Assembly (NCBI GenBank): GCA_964459095.1
Contig: CAYWKL010000003.1
Span: forward strand, 1-48,674
Length of the DNA: 48,674 nucleotides
Direction: 5' to 3'
DNA from: an uncultured Gammaproteobacteria bacterium
GTDB lineage: Bacteria; Patescibacteriota; Microgenomatia; Daviesbacterales; UBA10151
The notes under the pieces are model-generated. The model did no database searches and had not been told where the DNA came from. It saw nothing but the letters and a program-made list of their open reading frames with translations. The position numbers and the translations under genes are program-made. Position 1 is the first letter of the stretch, and each line of letters begins with the position of its first letter. Of this stretch, positions 26,919-37,796 are shown piece after piece.

Positions 26919-29583
26919 ATTAATTCTATTCCTACTTTTTTTAATTCCCTACTTTCTTATATTTCGCTCAATTTTTTTAGGAGGGGAATTAGCATTTGGA
27001 GACGCACCTTATTTTTATCCTGAAAACCTAAATGAGCTTTTTAACCTGCCCTTTATTTGGGATATTCGTTATAGTAACTTCGGGGCACCACAAGGTTCTA
27101 CCCTTTGGCTATATTTACCAACTTTTCTTTATGGGCTACTTAATCATTACTTTGGGTTTAGTAGCGAAGTTCTAATTAGGGCTGTTTTTATTATCCCTTC
27201 ATCAATTCTTGGGTTTTTAGGGGGATGGAAATTTTTTGGATTTTTTTCAAAAAATATTTACGGGAAATTTCTTAGTGCATTCTTTTATTTGTTTAACACA
27301 TATTACATTTTATTAATTGATGGAGGACAAATAGGTGTGGCGCTAGCTTTTGGATTATTTCCGTGGGTCATCTTATCAATATACAACTTCCAGAAAAAGG
27401 GGTCTTTAAAAAATTTCATTTCAGCAATCATTCTTTTTTTTATAATAACAAATGTTGACATAAGGGTAGCCTTTATATCAACTGTATTACTTCTTTTTTT
27501 CCTTCTATTTAAAAGAGAGAACATTAAGAGGCCACAAGGCATTGCGAAGCTGATTTTGGTTTTGGGTATTGTATTATTTTTAGATTCATTTTGGTTCTAT
27601 CCTTTGGTTAAAAACCACAGCGTCTTAGAAGCTCCAAGTATCCGTAGTACTCAAATCAACTTTGTTTCTATTCTTAATAGTTTACTCTTATACCAGCCCC
27701 ATTTTCCAAATAATGACTTTGGAAAACTTATTCTTCCACCCTTTTACTTTGCTTTTTTATTACCTATTCTATTTTCAGGATTGTTTTTCATCAGAAAAGA
27801 TAAAAAACCTATTGTGGGACTTTGTTTTATTTTTCTTATTTTTGTATTTTTGACAAAGGGAAGAAATTTTCCACTTGGAGAAGCTTATGCAGTAATAGAT
27901 TATGTACCGATAATAGGAGCTGTATTTAGAGATTCTTCAAAATTTTTTATCCCTTTATTTTTGATTGCTGGGATTCTGTTGGGGCTAAGTTACGAGATAC
28001 TATCAAACAAAATAGAATCAAAAAATTCAATCTTTTTATTTGTCGCTTTATATATGTTTCTAATAACATTGGTATCCCCTGCATTTTTTGGCCAATTGAG
28101 TGGTGGACTTAATAATAATGTTGACAAAGAAAGTTTTTTGAAAATTTATAAAATATTGTCTTCTGAAACTGATTTTTCCAGAACTCTTTGGTTTGATGAA
28201 AGACCCCCTTTAGGTTACACGTCTTGGGATAAGCCAGCCTTATCAGCAAATGCCCTTTATCTTAAAAGGCCTTTTGCAGATATGATTGAAGGCTCTTATG
28301 ACTTAAATGGATTTTTAAATTCGCCCCTTTTAAAAGATTGGCTGCAAATCTCAGGTGTTAAATACATATTTTTGCCTGAGAATGAAAGAAAAAAAATGCT
28401 AACTGAAAAACAACAATCTGAACGGAAAATATTCCTTAGGTTCGTAAATGATTTAGGAATGCAAAAAGTTGATTGGAAGGTAAGCTTCCCTGTTTACAAA
28501 GTAGAAGGCACCCTCCCACTTATATATTCGGTAGAAAATGTATTTCTAATTAGTGGGGGAGGAAAAATTTTTTCTGAATTTAAAAATAATGGAATCTCAT
28601 TTACCAGTAACCCGACAGTCTTTATAGATGATGCAAAATTTAGTATAGATTTATTGAGTCAATTTGCAGAAAAAAATGATACGCAGATAATAGTGCAGGG
28701 GGAAAAAGTTGATTTTGTTTTTTCTCTATTAAGGGATAAAATGCAAAATTTATCTAGTTATGAAAATGATTGGGCAACAAAGGATACAAGTGTTTATTTA
28801 GAAACTAAGGGGGAGTTGTTAGAAAGAGGAGTTAAAAGTTTTGATTATGACTTTGACAAAGGTTTGTCTTATTCATCAATAAAAAATGAAGAAATAAAAA
28901 TAATCAAGACTCTTGATGATACTACTAATTTTATACTGGCAATAAGATATGTAAACGCAACTGATAGCGCCGGGATAAAGTTAAATACAAACTCTCAGGA
29001 AAGAGAGCTTAAAAGCAAGAGTGCTTCATCCTTTGAATGGGAGTATTTTAATTTAAAACCAACCAAAAAGTTAGATTTGTTAATTAAGAATTTAGGGGGT
29101 CTTTCAGTTGTAAATACTATAATCATTATTCCTCAGCAAGAGTTTGAAGCCATTAAGAGAAATGTGGGAAATATACTCTCTGCGAATAAAGTAACTTACA
29201 TAAATGAAGAAACAGATTATTCAAAATTGCAGCTAAATAAAGAAATTTCGAAAATTAAATATGAGTTAATTAATCCAACAAAGTACAAAGTCTATATTCC
29301 AAATGACCAAAGATGGATTATATTCACTGACTCTTATGATAAAAACTGGGTGCTCAAGAATTCAAGATGCGAACTAATTCCTGTACCAATTTATTCATTT
29401 ATTAACGGCTTTTATATTGATGAAACTTGTAAAAATAACTCTAATGAATGGTTGCTTTACTACAGGGCTCAACAAGATATATTGGTAGGTATATTCTTAT
29501 CTCTACTGTTTTCTACTACACTTATAATAGGAATAGTTGGGTTTTTGTATTTTAAATATGGAATTTTTAGAAAAAATAATTAG
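26908..29583 (+). CDS. Large AftD/YfhO-like GT-C membrane protein
   Basis: FGDAPYFYP, multi-TM N-half, FRDSSKF, soluble C-half ending IIFTDSYDKNWVL..INGFYI..YRAQ plus a final TM. Confidence 0.7.
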   Translation: MKNKLILFLLFLIPYFLIFRSIFLGGELAFGDAPYFYPENLNELFNLPFIWDIRYSNFGAPQGSTLWLYLPTFLYGLLNHYFGFSSEVLIRAVFIIPSSILGFLGGWKFFGFFSKNIYGKFLSAFFYLFNTYYILLIDGGQIGVALAFGLFPWVILSIYNFQKKGSLKNFISAIILFFIITNVDIRVAFISTVLLLFFLLFKRENIKRPQGIAKLILVLGIVLFLDSFWFYPLVKNHSVLEAPSIRSTQINFVSILNSLLLYQPHFPNNDFGKLILPPFYFAFLLPILFSGLFFIRKDKKPIVGLCFIFLIFVFLTKGRNFPLGEAYAVIDYVPIIGAVFRDSSKFFIPLFLIAGILLGLSYEILSNKIESKNSIFLFVALYMFLITLVSPAFFGQLSGGLNNNVDKESFLKIYKILSSETDFSRTLWFDERPPLGYTSWDKPALSANALYLKRPFADMIEGSYDLNGFLNSPLLKDWLQISGVKYIFLPENERKKMLTEKQQSERKIFLRFVNDLGMQKVDWKVSFPVYKVEGTLPLIYSVENVFLISGGGKIFSEFKNNGISFTSNPTVFIDDAKFSIDLLSQFAEKNDTQIIVQGEKVDFVFSLLRDKMQNLSSYENDWATKDTSVYLETKGELLERGVKSFDYDFDKGLSYSSIKNEEIKIIKTLDDTTNFILAIRYVNATDSAGIKLNTNSQERELKSKSASSFEWEYFNLKPTKKLDLLIKNLGGLSVVNTIIIIPQQEFEAIKRNVGNILSANKVTYINEETDYSKLQLNKEISKIKYELINPTKYKVYIPNDQRWIIFTDSYDKNWVLKNSRCELIPVPIYSFINGFYIDETCKNNSNEWLLYYRAQQDILVGIFLSLLFSTTLIIGIVGFLYFKYGIFRKNN

Positions 29584-30823
29584 AACTAAGACATTTGAAC
29601 ATTCTGTTATTACTCTTTTAGGAACAGGGGTAAACGGTGTTTTGGGAGTTTTGTTTTTTATTCTTCTTGCAAGGGAGCTGGGTCCGAGCGAATTTGGATT
29701 AGTCTCTGTTTCCATTGTGTTTCTAACTTTGATTTCAGACATTGCAGATTTAGGAATAAATACTGGACTTATAAACTTTATTAGTAAGCATATTCATTCT
29801 GACACTATAAAAGTAAAAAAATTTCTTAAACTCGGTTTGGAGTCTAAAATTTTTTTTTGGTTTGTAGTCTTAATCTCAGGATGGTTTCTTTCACCTTTCA
29901 TCGCTGATTACTTTTTGTTAAAAATTGAGCTAATAATGCCGCTTAGACTAGCATTGGTTGGTGTTGGTGGAGCAATGCTTTTTTCTTTTACTACTAATTC
30001 TCTGCAGGCATTGCAACTCTACAGGGTTTGGAGCATGTTAAACATTGGTGCTAACACTTTTCGCTTATTAATTACCATTACGCTTATTTCTCTTTTGACT
30101 CTGACTCCTGGAAGCGCTCTTCTTACATATATAGCAGTACCTTTTTTTGGATTCTTGGTAGGTATGTTTTTTCTACCAAAGCGTTTTTTAAAGGTAAAAG
30201 ATGAATTCTCTATCGCTAAAGATTTTTTTCATTTTAATAAATGGATTGCGCTGTCAATACTTATCTCAGCATTTGCCTCAAGAGTTGATACTTTTTTTCT
30301 TACGAGACTTACATCCTTCTCGGATGTCGGAATATATTCAGCTGCAAGTCAACTAACATCATTTTTGCCACAAATAACTTATGCAATTGCAGCTGTTGTG
30401 GCCCCCAAATTAGGTGGATTCGCCAGTCCGATCCTCGCATTTACATATCTTAAAAAATTACAACTTTATACTTTGGGAATCGCGGCCTTAAGTTTAGTTG
30501 CAATACCTTTGGCAATTTTTGTAATACCTGTTTTTTACGGAAAATCTTTTATTGAAAGCATTCCTGTGTTTGTAATTTTATTTTTTTCTCAATTAATATT
30601 TCTACTATCCCTCCCCTCGCATCAATCGATTTTTTACTATTTTTCAAAACCTAAAGTCCTTACTTTCGTTTCGTTCTTTCACTTGTTAATTATCAGTCTG
30701 ATCTGCTACTTTCTAATATTGAAGTTTGGAGTAATAGGAGCAGCCTGGGGGGTTTTTATTGGCAGTTTATTTAATTTGTTAGTTCCTGGTTTATATGTTT
30801 TAAAAAAATTTAGGAAGATATGA
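29558..30823 (+). CDS. wzx: Wzx-type oligosaccharide flippase (MOP family)
   Basis: LARELGPSEFG, DLGI, RVDTFFL..L......GIYSAA, GVIGAAW, about 12 TMs. Likely start ATG 29558. Confidence 0.9.
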   Translation: MEFLEKIIRTKTFEHSVITLLGTGVNGVLGVLFFILLARELGPSEFGLVSVSIVFLTLISDIADLGINTGLINFISKHIHSDTIKVKKFLKLGLESKIFFWFVVLISGWFLSPFIADYFLLKIELIMPLRLALVGVGGAMLFSFTTNSLQALQLYRVWSMLNIGANTFRLLITITLISLLTLTPGSALLTYIAVPFFGFLVGMFFLPKRFLKVKDEFSIAKDFFHFNKWIALSILISAFASRVDTFFLTRLTSFSDVGIYSAASQLTSFLPQITYAIAAVVAPKLGGFASPILAFTYLKKLQLYTLGIAALSLVAIPLAIFVIPVFYGKSFIESIPVFVILFFSQLIFLLSLPSHQSIFYYFSKPKVLTFVSFFHLLIISLICYFLILKFGVIGAAWGVFIGSLFNLLVPGLYVLKKFRKI

Positions 30824-31653
30824 AGAAAATTTGGGGCAATATGATAGTTAAAAATGAAGATAAATATATTTGGTTTTCAATAATGAGTGTAGTTAGGCAT
30901 CTGGAGCGGCTGCTAATTTATGATACTGGAAGTACAGACAAGACTGTAGAAATTATTCAGTCAATAAAAAAAGAATTTGAGAAAAAGATAGAATTTAGGG
31001 AGGTTGGAGGGGTTGATAGCTATGGTATGACAACTTTGAGGCAAAAAATGCTTGATGAGACAAAAAGTGATTGGTTTATTTTAATAGACGGAGATGAGGT
31101 TTGGTGTGAGAACTCTATTTTGAATGTTCTGAAAGTTATCGAACAAAAAGGAGATAGTATATACTGTATTGTAAATCCGGTTATTAACCTAGTTGGAGAT
31201 ATTTATCACTATCAAAAAAACTCTCTTGGAAGATATAAAATCCTAGGCAGAGTTGGACATTTTAATATAAGAGCTATTAATAGAAAAATTAAAGGTTTAA
31301 ATATAAAAAATGAGTATCCTTTAGAAGGATTTTTTGACGAGAAAGATGTTCTTTTGCAAAATCAGCCGGCCAAAAAAATTTACTTCTTGAATGAATCAAT
31401 ATTGCACTTTTCAAACCTTAAAAGATCTTCACTTGAAGGAGCAGATGAAATGGCAGTAAAAAGAAGAGCGAAATTCAAATTTGATTTCGGCAAAAGATTT
31501 GAAAGGGGTTTTGTATATCCGGAAGTTTTTTATATGGATTTTCCAAAAATTGTTCCTAACCCTTGGAGAAAAAGGTCATTAAGTTATTTAGCCAAATCAA
31601 GCGTTGAGTACCCTTTAAAAATTTTAAAAAGAAAGATATTTGATGTAAAGTGA
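30820..31653 (+). CDS. GT2-family glycosyltransferase
   Basis: MIVKNE, YDTGSTDKT, LIDGDE. Confidence 0.85.
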   Translation: MKKIWGNMIVKNEDKYIWFSIMSVVRHLERLLIYDTGSTDKTVEIIQSIKKEFEKKIEFREVGGVDSYGMTTLRQKMLDETKSDWFILIDGDEVWCENSILNVLKVIEQKGDSIYCIVNPVINLVGDIYHYQKNSLGRYKILGRVGHFNIRAINRKIKGLNIKNEYPLEGFFDEKDVLLQNQPAKKIYFLNESILHFSNLKRSSLEGADEMAVKRRAKFKFDFGKRFERGFVYPEVFYMDFPKIVPNPWRKRSLSYLAKSSVEYPLKILKRKIFDVK

Positions 31654-32435
31654 CTGATGACTTTGGAAAAATTAGAAATAAGAAATATTACTCTTTAGCC
31701 CACAAGGGAAGTAAAGACCTTTCTCACCCTGCTATGGTTAACCTACTTCATTTAATCAAAGATTCTACAAAAATACTGGATCTGGGATGTGGGGAGGGTT
31801 CAAGATTAAATGAATTAAGAAAGAAGACAAGTAAAAAAGACATAGATTGGTTTGGGATTGACATAAATGAATATGCAATTAAAAATGCAAAAAAAAATTA
31901 CAAATCAATAAATTTTACTAAAGGAAATTTAGAACACCTGCCCTTTAAAGATAAGGAGTTTGATATAATTTTTTCCTCATTTGTATTTGAACATTTAACT
32001 AACCCAGAAAAAGTCCTGAAGGAATCACAAAGAGTTTTGCAAGAAAAAGGAAAACTACTTATAGTTGCTCCAAATTTTGGATCTCCAAACAGAAGGTCAC
32101 CTAACTCAAAAGAAAGTAAATTAAAAAAACTTATTAAAGGCTTATCTTTGGATATACGAAGTTGTTTTAAGAAAACAAGTAGTCTATCTTGGAAACTTGT
32201 TACCTCTAGAAAGAAAGATTATGAAATAGATTCAGATACAACAATCGAACCATACTTAAGATCACTTAAAGACTACTCAGAATTTTTAGGACTTGATGCA
32301 GTTTACACAGATAGTCTTTGGAACATGGATAAGTTCTCATTTTTTCAGCTCCCTTTTAGAGTATTAGGACTTTTGCGGGTATATCCGTTTAAATATTGGG
32401 GTCCTCATCTTCTAATTATTTTAAAGAAAGTATGA
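31650..32435 (+). CDS. Class I SAM-dependent methyltransferase
   Basis: ILDLGCGEG, GIDIN, LPFKDKEFDIIFSSFVFEHL. GTG start. Confidence 0.9.
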   Translation: MTDDFGKIRNKKYYSLAHKGSKDLSHPAMVNLLHLIKDSTKILDLGCGEGSRLNELRKKTSKKDIDWFGIDINEYAIKNAKKNYKSINFTKGNLEHLPFKDKEFDIIFSSFVFEHLTNPEKVLKESQRVLQEKGKLLIVAPNFGSPNRRSPNSKESKLKKLIKGLSLDIRSCFKKTSSLSWKLVTSRKKDYEIDSDTTIEPYLRSLKDYSEFLGLDAVYTDSLWNMDKFSFFQLPFRVLGLLRVYPFKYWGPHLLIILKKV

Positions 32436-33238
32436 AATGCCCAATTTGCGCAAATGCGGTAAAAGTTTACCTAAAATCACAGGAGTTTGAAATTAGAAAG
32501 TGTGACTTCTGTGGTTTTGGAATTACAAAGGATTTAAAGGCACAGAGAGGAGACTATCATAGAGACGAAGAATATTTAGCTGAAGAAAAACTCTTTAGAA
32601 ATATTTTCAAGAAGAGAGCTAAACTAATTTCTAAATTGGCTAGTAGAGGATCAGTACTAGAAATTGGTTGCTCCACAGGACTACTTCTTTATATCTTAAA
32701 GAAAAAAGGTTTTGATGTAACCGGCATTGAAATATCAAAAAAAGCAGCAAAATTAGCTCAAGGAAGAGGGATAAAAGTTTTAATCTTACCTTTTGAAAAA
32801 ATTTCTCTTAAAAAAAGATATAACATTATTATTTTTAGTCATACCTTGGAACACTTGAAAAATCCTATTGTTGCAGTAAAAAAAGCCTCTGGCTTTCTAA
32901 AAGAGAGGGGCATTTTATTTATCGATTTACCTAACTTTAATTCAGTATCCTCAAGTATTCTGAAAGAAAATTGGCCACACCTTTTGCCAAAAGAGCATCT
33001 TTGGCATTTTACTTATAAAGCTCTTGAAATTTTACTTAAAAAAAATAACTTGAAAATTATTTATTCAGATATGTCTTCGGGAATTTGGGATTTGGATAAT
33101 CCCTTTGGGGAGCTTTTAACTTCCTTTTCTTCTCTTAAAAAAAGGTTTTTTGTAAATTTTGTAACTGCAATTCCAACATTTATACTCAGTAGAATGAAAA
33201 TAGGAAGCGGCCTGATGGTAATAGCAAGAAAAATATGA
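32432..33238 (+). CDS. Class I SAM methyltransferase with N-terminal CxxC...CxxC zinc ribbon
   Basis: ATG 32432: MKCPIC...CDFCG, VLEIGCSTG, HTLEHL, HLWHFT. Confidence 0.88.
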   Translation: MKCPICANAVKVYLKSQEFEIRKCDFCGFGITKDLKAQRGDYHRDEEYLAEEKLFRNIFKKRAKLISKLASRGSVLEIGCSTGLLLYILKKKGFDVTGIEISKKAAKLAQGRGIKVLILPFEKISLKKRYNIIIFSHTLEHLKNPIVAVKKASGFLKERGILFIDLPNFNSVSSSILKENWPHLLPKEHLWHFTYKALEILLKKNNLKIIYSDMSSGIWDLDNPFGELLTSFSSLKKRFFVNFVTAIPTFILSRMKIGSGLMVIARKI

Positions 33239-34611
33239 TTATTCTACTTGGTGCTTTAATCTTGACCCTCCATTTTTTAATTTTAAGCAAGCTACAATTT
33301 ACTGCCTGGCCTGAACTACTTTCTTATCCTTTTCTAATAAATAATGGGTTTGAAATTTATAAGGATTTTATAATGCCCTATCCACCTGGATTAATTCTTT
33401 ATCTATCTTGGACGTTTAATTTTTTGGGGTTCAGCGCCGAATCTTTAAAGTATTCTTTCTTTCTTTTAATTTTACTTACAGATATTGCTCTTTTTATAGC
33501 ACTCTCTAGTCAAAAAAAATCAATATTAGCCCTTTTTTTCTTTTTAATTTATGTTCTTTTGCAACCTTTTTTAGAGGGAAACTTGCTTTGGTTTGACTAT
33601 GCAACAGCTCTACCCGTATTAATTGGATATATCTATTTCATTTTTTGGCTTGATAAAAAAAAGAATTTTTATATCTTCGTTGCATCAATCTTTTTATCGA
33701 TTGCAGTTTTAATTAAACAAATTTCAATAATTTACTTTGCGGGTTTTTTGATTTTTTATATTTTTGAAAAAAGAAAAATCTATATGAAAGAGCTATATTT
33801 TCTAGGACTGGGTACATTTCCAATAGTCATTTTTTTCATCTATTTATTAGTATTTAATTCTCTAAATTTTTTTTGGATATGGTCAATATATTATCCGCTA
33901 TTTGAGTGGTCCAAATTTCCGGGATACTTGATTCTTAATATAACACAAAGCCAACTGACAATCCTTTTGTTATTATTTTCTCCATTAGTTTTTGCTTTTC
34001 TCAATAAGAAAATCTTTTTTAATAGAAAGTTTGCTCTTTCTTTAATATTTCTACTCTCATCGATCATAGCTATATATCCCCGATTTTCTTTTTTTCATTT
34101 TCAAACAGTTCTAATATTTCTGTTGATAACTTATCTACAAATAGCAGTAAGTTTGCGACTAAATAAAAGATTAATTTTCTTTGCTTTTTTAGCGGGTTTA
34201 GTATTTCTTGAAATACGTCTTTTACTCCCTTACAACCAATGGGGTGGGATCAGATTTTTTGGAACTTATGAAAAAAGACTGGCACAGGAGATTTCAAAAA
34301 TAACAAAAAAAGAGGAGAGAATTTTTTTATTGGGGCCTCCCTCATCGATCTATCCTGAATCTAAAAGACTACCCCCTACAAACTGGGCTGACAATTTTGG
34401 TTGGTATTTAGAAATTCCTGGGGTTCAGGAGTGGGCAATTGAAGGGTTTAAAAAAACTCCACCAAAATACATTTTTTACCAAAAACCACAACCAGGAAAT
34501 TGGTTTGATCTTGGTACTTATAAACCTAAGAAAATTATGGATTATATGGTAAATAACTATAATAAAGTAGGTAACTTAAGTGAGGAAATTGAAATATGGA
34601 AAAGAAAATAG
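33235..34611 (+). CDS. Multi-TM GT-C-like (ArnT-like) membrane protein
   Basis: TAWPE..YP after TM1, MPYPPG, LIKQ, YPRFSFFHF, about 11 TMs and a short soluble C-terminus. Confidence 0.65.
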   Translation: MIILLGALILTLHFLILSKLQFTAWPELLSYPFLINNGFEIYKDFIMPYPPGLILYLSWTFNFLGFSAESLKYSFFLLILLTDIALFIALSSQKKSILALFFFLIYVLLQPFLEGNLLWFDYATALPVLIGYIYFIFWLDKKKNFYIFVASIFLSIAVLIKQISIIYFAGFLIFYIFEKRKIYMKELYFLGLGTFPIVIFFIYLLVFNSLNFFWIWSIYYPLFEWSKFPGYLILNITQSQLTILLLLFSPLVFAFLNKKIFFNRKFALSLIFLLSSIIAIYPRFSFFHFQTVLIFLLITYLQIAVSLRLNKRLIFFAFLAGLVFLEIRLLLPYNQWGGIRFFGTYEKRLAQEISKITKKEERIFLLGPPSSIYPESKRLPPTNWADNFGWYLEIPGVQEWAIEGFKKTPPKYIFYQKPQPGNWFDLGTYKPKKIMDYMVNNYNKVGNLSEEIEIWKRK

Positions 34612-35546
34612 TTTTTTTAAGTAGGTATCAAGATAAAGTTAATAGAGGGGTAGAGTCTGCTGTCCACGAACTTTCTAAAAGACTTAAAAGTTACCTTGAT
34701 GTTAGTATTTTTTCAGGGACTGAATCTGACTCAATAAAGAAAATTCTAGATGGTAAGTTTGATGTTGTAATACCTACAAATGGGCGATTCCAAGCACTTA
34801 AGGTCAGTATGGGGAAATTTTTCGCAAAATATAAAATAATAATTGTAGGACATGCGGGAATTGGTAAAGATGATCTGTGGAATTTAATTGTTTGCAGACC
34901 AGATGTGTTTGTTGCCCTCACTGACTATCAAAAAAATTGGGCTTTAAAGCACAACGTTAGATCCAAAATAACTAAAATTCCCAATGGAATTGATTTAGAA
35001 AAGTTTAAGGAGGAGGGGAAAAAAGCAAATTTAGGTTTGGAAAAACCAATTATACTAAGCGTAGGTTCACTCTACTCCTATAAACATCATGAAAGGACTA
35101 TTAAAGCAGTCTCCCATATGATGAAGGGCTCATTATTGATAGTTGGGATGGGTCCTGAAAAAAAAACATTAAATGATTTAGGAAATAAACTCCTAGGAGA
35201 AAAAAGATTTAAAATTATCTCGGTTCCCTATAAAGAAATCCCAGAATATTACCGCAGTGCTGATGTTTTTACTCTTCCTTCGTGGGATAGAGAATCTTTT
35301 GGAATAGTTTATTTGGAGGCTTTATCTACAAATATACCTGTTGTTGCACCAGATGATAATGTTAGGAAAGAGATAGTTGGGGATGGAGGAATTCTTACAA
35401 ATGTTGAGGATCCACAAAGATTTGCACTTGCACTTGAACATGCACTCAATACTGACTGGGGAAATAAACCAAGAAAGCAGGCAGAGAAATTTTCATGGGA
35501 TATTATTTCAAAACAATATGTTGATTTAATTAACACTTTATTATGA
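34596..35546 (+). CDS. GT4 glycosyltransferase
   Basis: RGVES, IPNGIDL, ESFGIVYLEAL. Confidence 0.9.
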   Translation: MEKKIVFLSRYQDKVNRGVESAVHELSKRLKSYLDVSIFSGTESDSIKKILDGKFDVVIPTNGRFQALKVSMGKFFAKYKIIIVGHAGIGKDDLWNLIVCRPDVFVALTDYQKNWALKHNVRSKITKIPNGIDLEKFKEEGKKANLGLEKPIILSVGSLYSYKHHERTIKAVSHMMKGSLLIVGMGPEKKTLNDLGNKLLGEKRFKIISVPYKEIPEYYRSADVFTLPSWDRESFGIVYLEALSTNIPVVAPDDNVRKEIVGDGGILTNVEDPQRFALALEHALNTDWGNKPRKQAEKFSWDIISKQYVDLINTLL

Positions 35547-36382
35547 AAGTTTCTGTAATAATACCGGCATTTAATGAGGAGAAAGACATTAAAGAATGTC
35601 TTTTATCTTTAGAAAAACAAACGCTAAAAGACACGGAGATTATAGTTGTTGATGATGGTTCTAGTGATGATACAAAAAAACAAGTTCAGAAATTTCCGGT
35701 TAAACTCCTAACTCAAAGCCATAAAGGTCCTGGGGAAGCAAGGAATTTGGGTGCAAAAAACTCAAAGGGGGACATTTTAGTTTTTGTAGATGCTGATATG
35801 ACTTTTGATAAAAATTTTTTAAAAAAATTAATTCAGCCAATTATTGATGGAAAAACTATCGGAACATTTAGTAAAGAAGAATACCTTTTAAACAAAGAAA
35901 ATATTTGGAGTAAATGTTGGAATTTAAATAAGGGTTTGCCACTTGACAAAATGCATGATGAAAATTACCCAGATAAGCAGGATGTATTTCGAGCCATTTT
36001 AAAAAAAGAATTTCTCAAATCAGGAGGATTTGAGCCAATAGGTTATATTGATGATTACACAATTTCAAGGCAGTTAAATCAAAAAGCAGATAACGCCCCT
36101 GGAGCTGTTTCTTTTCATAAAAATCCTACCAGTCTAAATGAAGTTTTTACTCAAGCAAGATGGATAGGAAAATCAGAATATAAATATAGAAAGATCACAA
36201 ATGAGGATTTAATGCGGGTAATCTCTTTAATTAGGCACTCGTTTTTATTTTCTTTAATTAATGGAACATTAAAATCTTTTTTACTTAAAGACTTTAGATT
36301 TTTTATTTTTAAACTTATTTATGATTTGGGAATTGAAGTCTCGTTATTTAAATCTTTTTTTAAGGAGCAAGTAAATAAATGA
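35543..36382 (+). CDS. GT2 glycosyltransferase
   Basis: VSVIIPAFNEE, VDDGSSD, GPGEARN, FVDAD. Confidence 0.92.
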   Translation: MKVSVIIPAFNEEKDIKECLLSLEKQTLKDTEIIVVDDGSSDDTKKQVQKFPVKLLTQSHKGPGEARNLGAKNSKGDILVFVDADMTFDKNFLKKLIQPIIDGKTIGTFSKEEYLLNKENIWSKCWNLNKGLPLDKMHDENYPDKQDVFRAILKKEFLKSGGFEPIGYIDDYTISRQLNQKADNAPGAVSFHKNPTSLNEVFTQARWIGKSEYKYRKITNEDLMRVISLIRHSFLFSLINGTLKSFLLKDFRFFIFKLIYDLGIEVSLFKSFFKEQVNK

Positions 36383-37794
36383 TATGGATTATTTTGTTTC
36401 TTGGGGTAGTATTAAGGTTTATTGCAATAGACCAATCCTTGTGGCTGGATGAGGCAATATCTTTAGTTAGTGCAAAAAATCTTACTGTTCTTCAAATAAT
36501 TTATGAGTTAACTCCTTCTGATGTCCATCCTCCAGGTTATTATTTACTTCTTAGGGTCTGGATAAGTTTTTTTACTGATAGTGAAGTTTCAGCAAGAATT
36601 TTATCAGTGATATTTGGGGTAGGTCTTATATACATAACTTTTATTCTTGCAAGAAGATTTTTTAATAAAGGTACTTCTTACCTGGCAGCTATTTTAATGG
36701 CTGTTTCACCTCTTGGAGTTTATTATTCTCAAGAAATAAGAATGTATTCAGCTGCAGCTTTTTTTAGTGCACTATCATTTCTATTTTTAATTCAAATTCT
36801 GGAAAACAAAAAGTTTGCTTGGATTTTTTATATTCTTTCCAATTTTGCTGTTTTATCTTTGGACTATATGGCCTACTTAATTTTTCCTGCACAGATTGTT
36901 TTTTTAATTTCTTTAGAAAAAAAGAAGTATCTTCTAAAGATTCTGAGCTTATTATTCATATCCTTACTGCTTGTCTTTCCTTGGTTGACTCTTCTACCAA
37001 CTCAGATTACCAAAGGGCAGGAAGTTGCAAAAAATCTGCCAGCTTGGTCTGAGATAGTTGGTGGAGTTTCTTTTAAAGATTTAGGACTCTTTTTTGCAAA
37101 AAATATAATAGGGCGAGCTAGTTTTGAAAACAAAGTGGTTTATGCAGCAATAGTTGGAATTTTCTCCCTACTTTATATATATCTTCTTTATCTTGCCTGG
37201 AGAGTAAGAGGGAGTAAACTATTTTTCCTCTGGTTGATAATTCCTCTTTTTTTATCTTTATCAATCTCTTTTATTCTTCCTATTTTTTCTTACCACAGAT
37301 TTATTTTTACTTTACCTGCTTTATATATTTTACTAGCGATTGGGATATTTAAGCTTGAGAAATATCGTATCTTAGCAGCGTGTTTATTAATCTTAATTTC
37401 TCTCATGTCACTGATTATCTTTTACACTAGTCCAAAATATCAACGAGAACAGTGGAGACAAGCAGTAAATCTCATTAAATTAAATAAATCTGACGCCTAT
37501 GTTTTATTTGAGGATGCAAATACTCCACCCCCGTTCGCTTATTACAAAAGTGAAAATTTAATATATTTCCCTGGTCTACTTTCAGTTCCAGCAAAATCGG
37601 AAAAAGATATCAAGGAGCTTAAAATGCTGGACAAAAATAAAGATATCTTAGTTTTTGAATACTTATATCAGATAAATGATCCTAGACAGCTTCTTATAAA
37701 AGAAATTGAAAGCCTAGGATACAAAAGAGTAAATACTTTTGATTTCCCGGGAGTTGGATTTATATATGAGTATAAATACTTTGATAGAATGTAG
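36379..37794 (+). CDS. GT39/ArnT-like GT-C glycosyltransferase
   Basis: QSLWLDEA, DVHPPGYY, ARILS, YYSQEIRMYS, multi-TM. Confidence 0.88.
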   Translation: MIWIILFLGVVLRFIAIDQSLWLDEAISLVSAKNLTVLQIIYELTPSDVHPPGYYLLLRVWISFFTDSEVSARILSVIFGVGLIYITFILARRFFNKGTSYLAAILMAVSPLGVYYSQEIRMYSAAAFFSALSFLFLIQILENKKFAWIFYILSNFAVLSLDYMAYLIFPAQIVFLISLEKKKYLLKILSLLFISLLLVFPWLTLLPTQITKGQEVAKNLPAWSEIVGGVSFKDLGLFFAKNIIGRASFENKVVYAAIVGIFSLLYIYLLYLAWRVRGSKLFFLWLIIPLFLSLSISFILPIFSYHRFIFTLPALYILLAIGIFKLEKYRILAACLLILISLMSLIIFYTSPKYQREQWRQAVNLIKLNKSDAYVLFEDANTPPPFAYYKSENLIYFPGLLSVPAKSEKDIKELKMLDKNKDILVFEYLYQINDPRQLLIKEIESLGYKRVNTFDFPGVGFIYEYKYFDRM

Positions 37795-37796
37795 AT

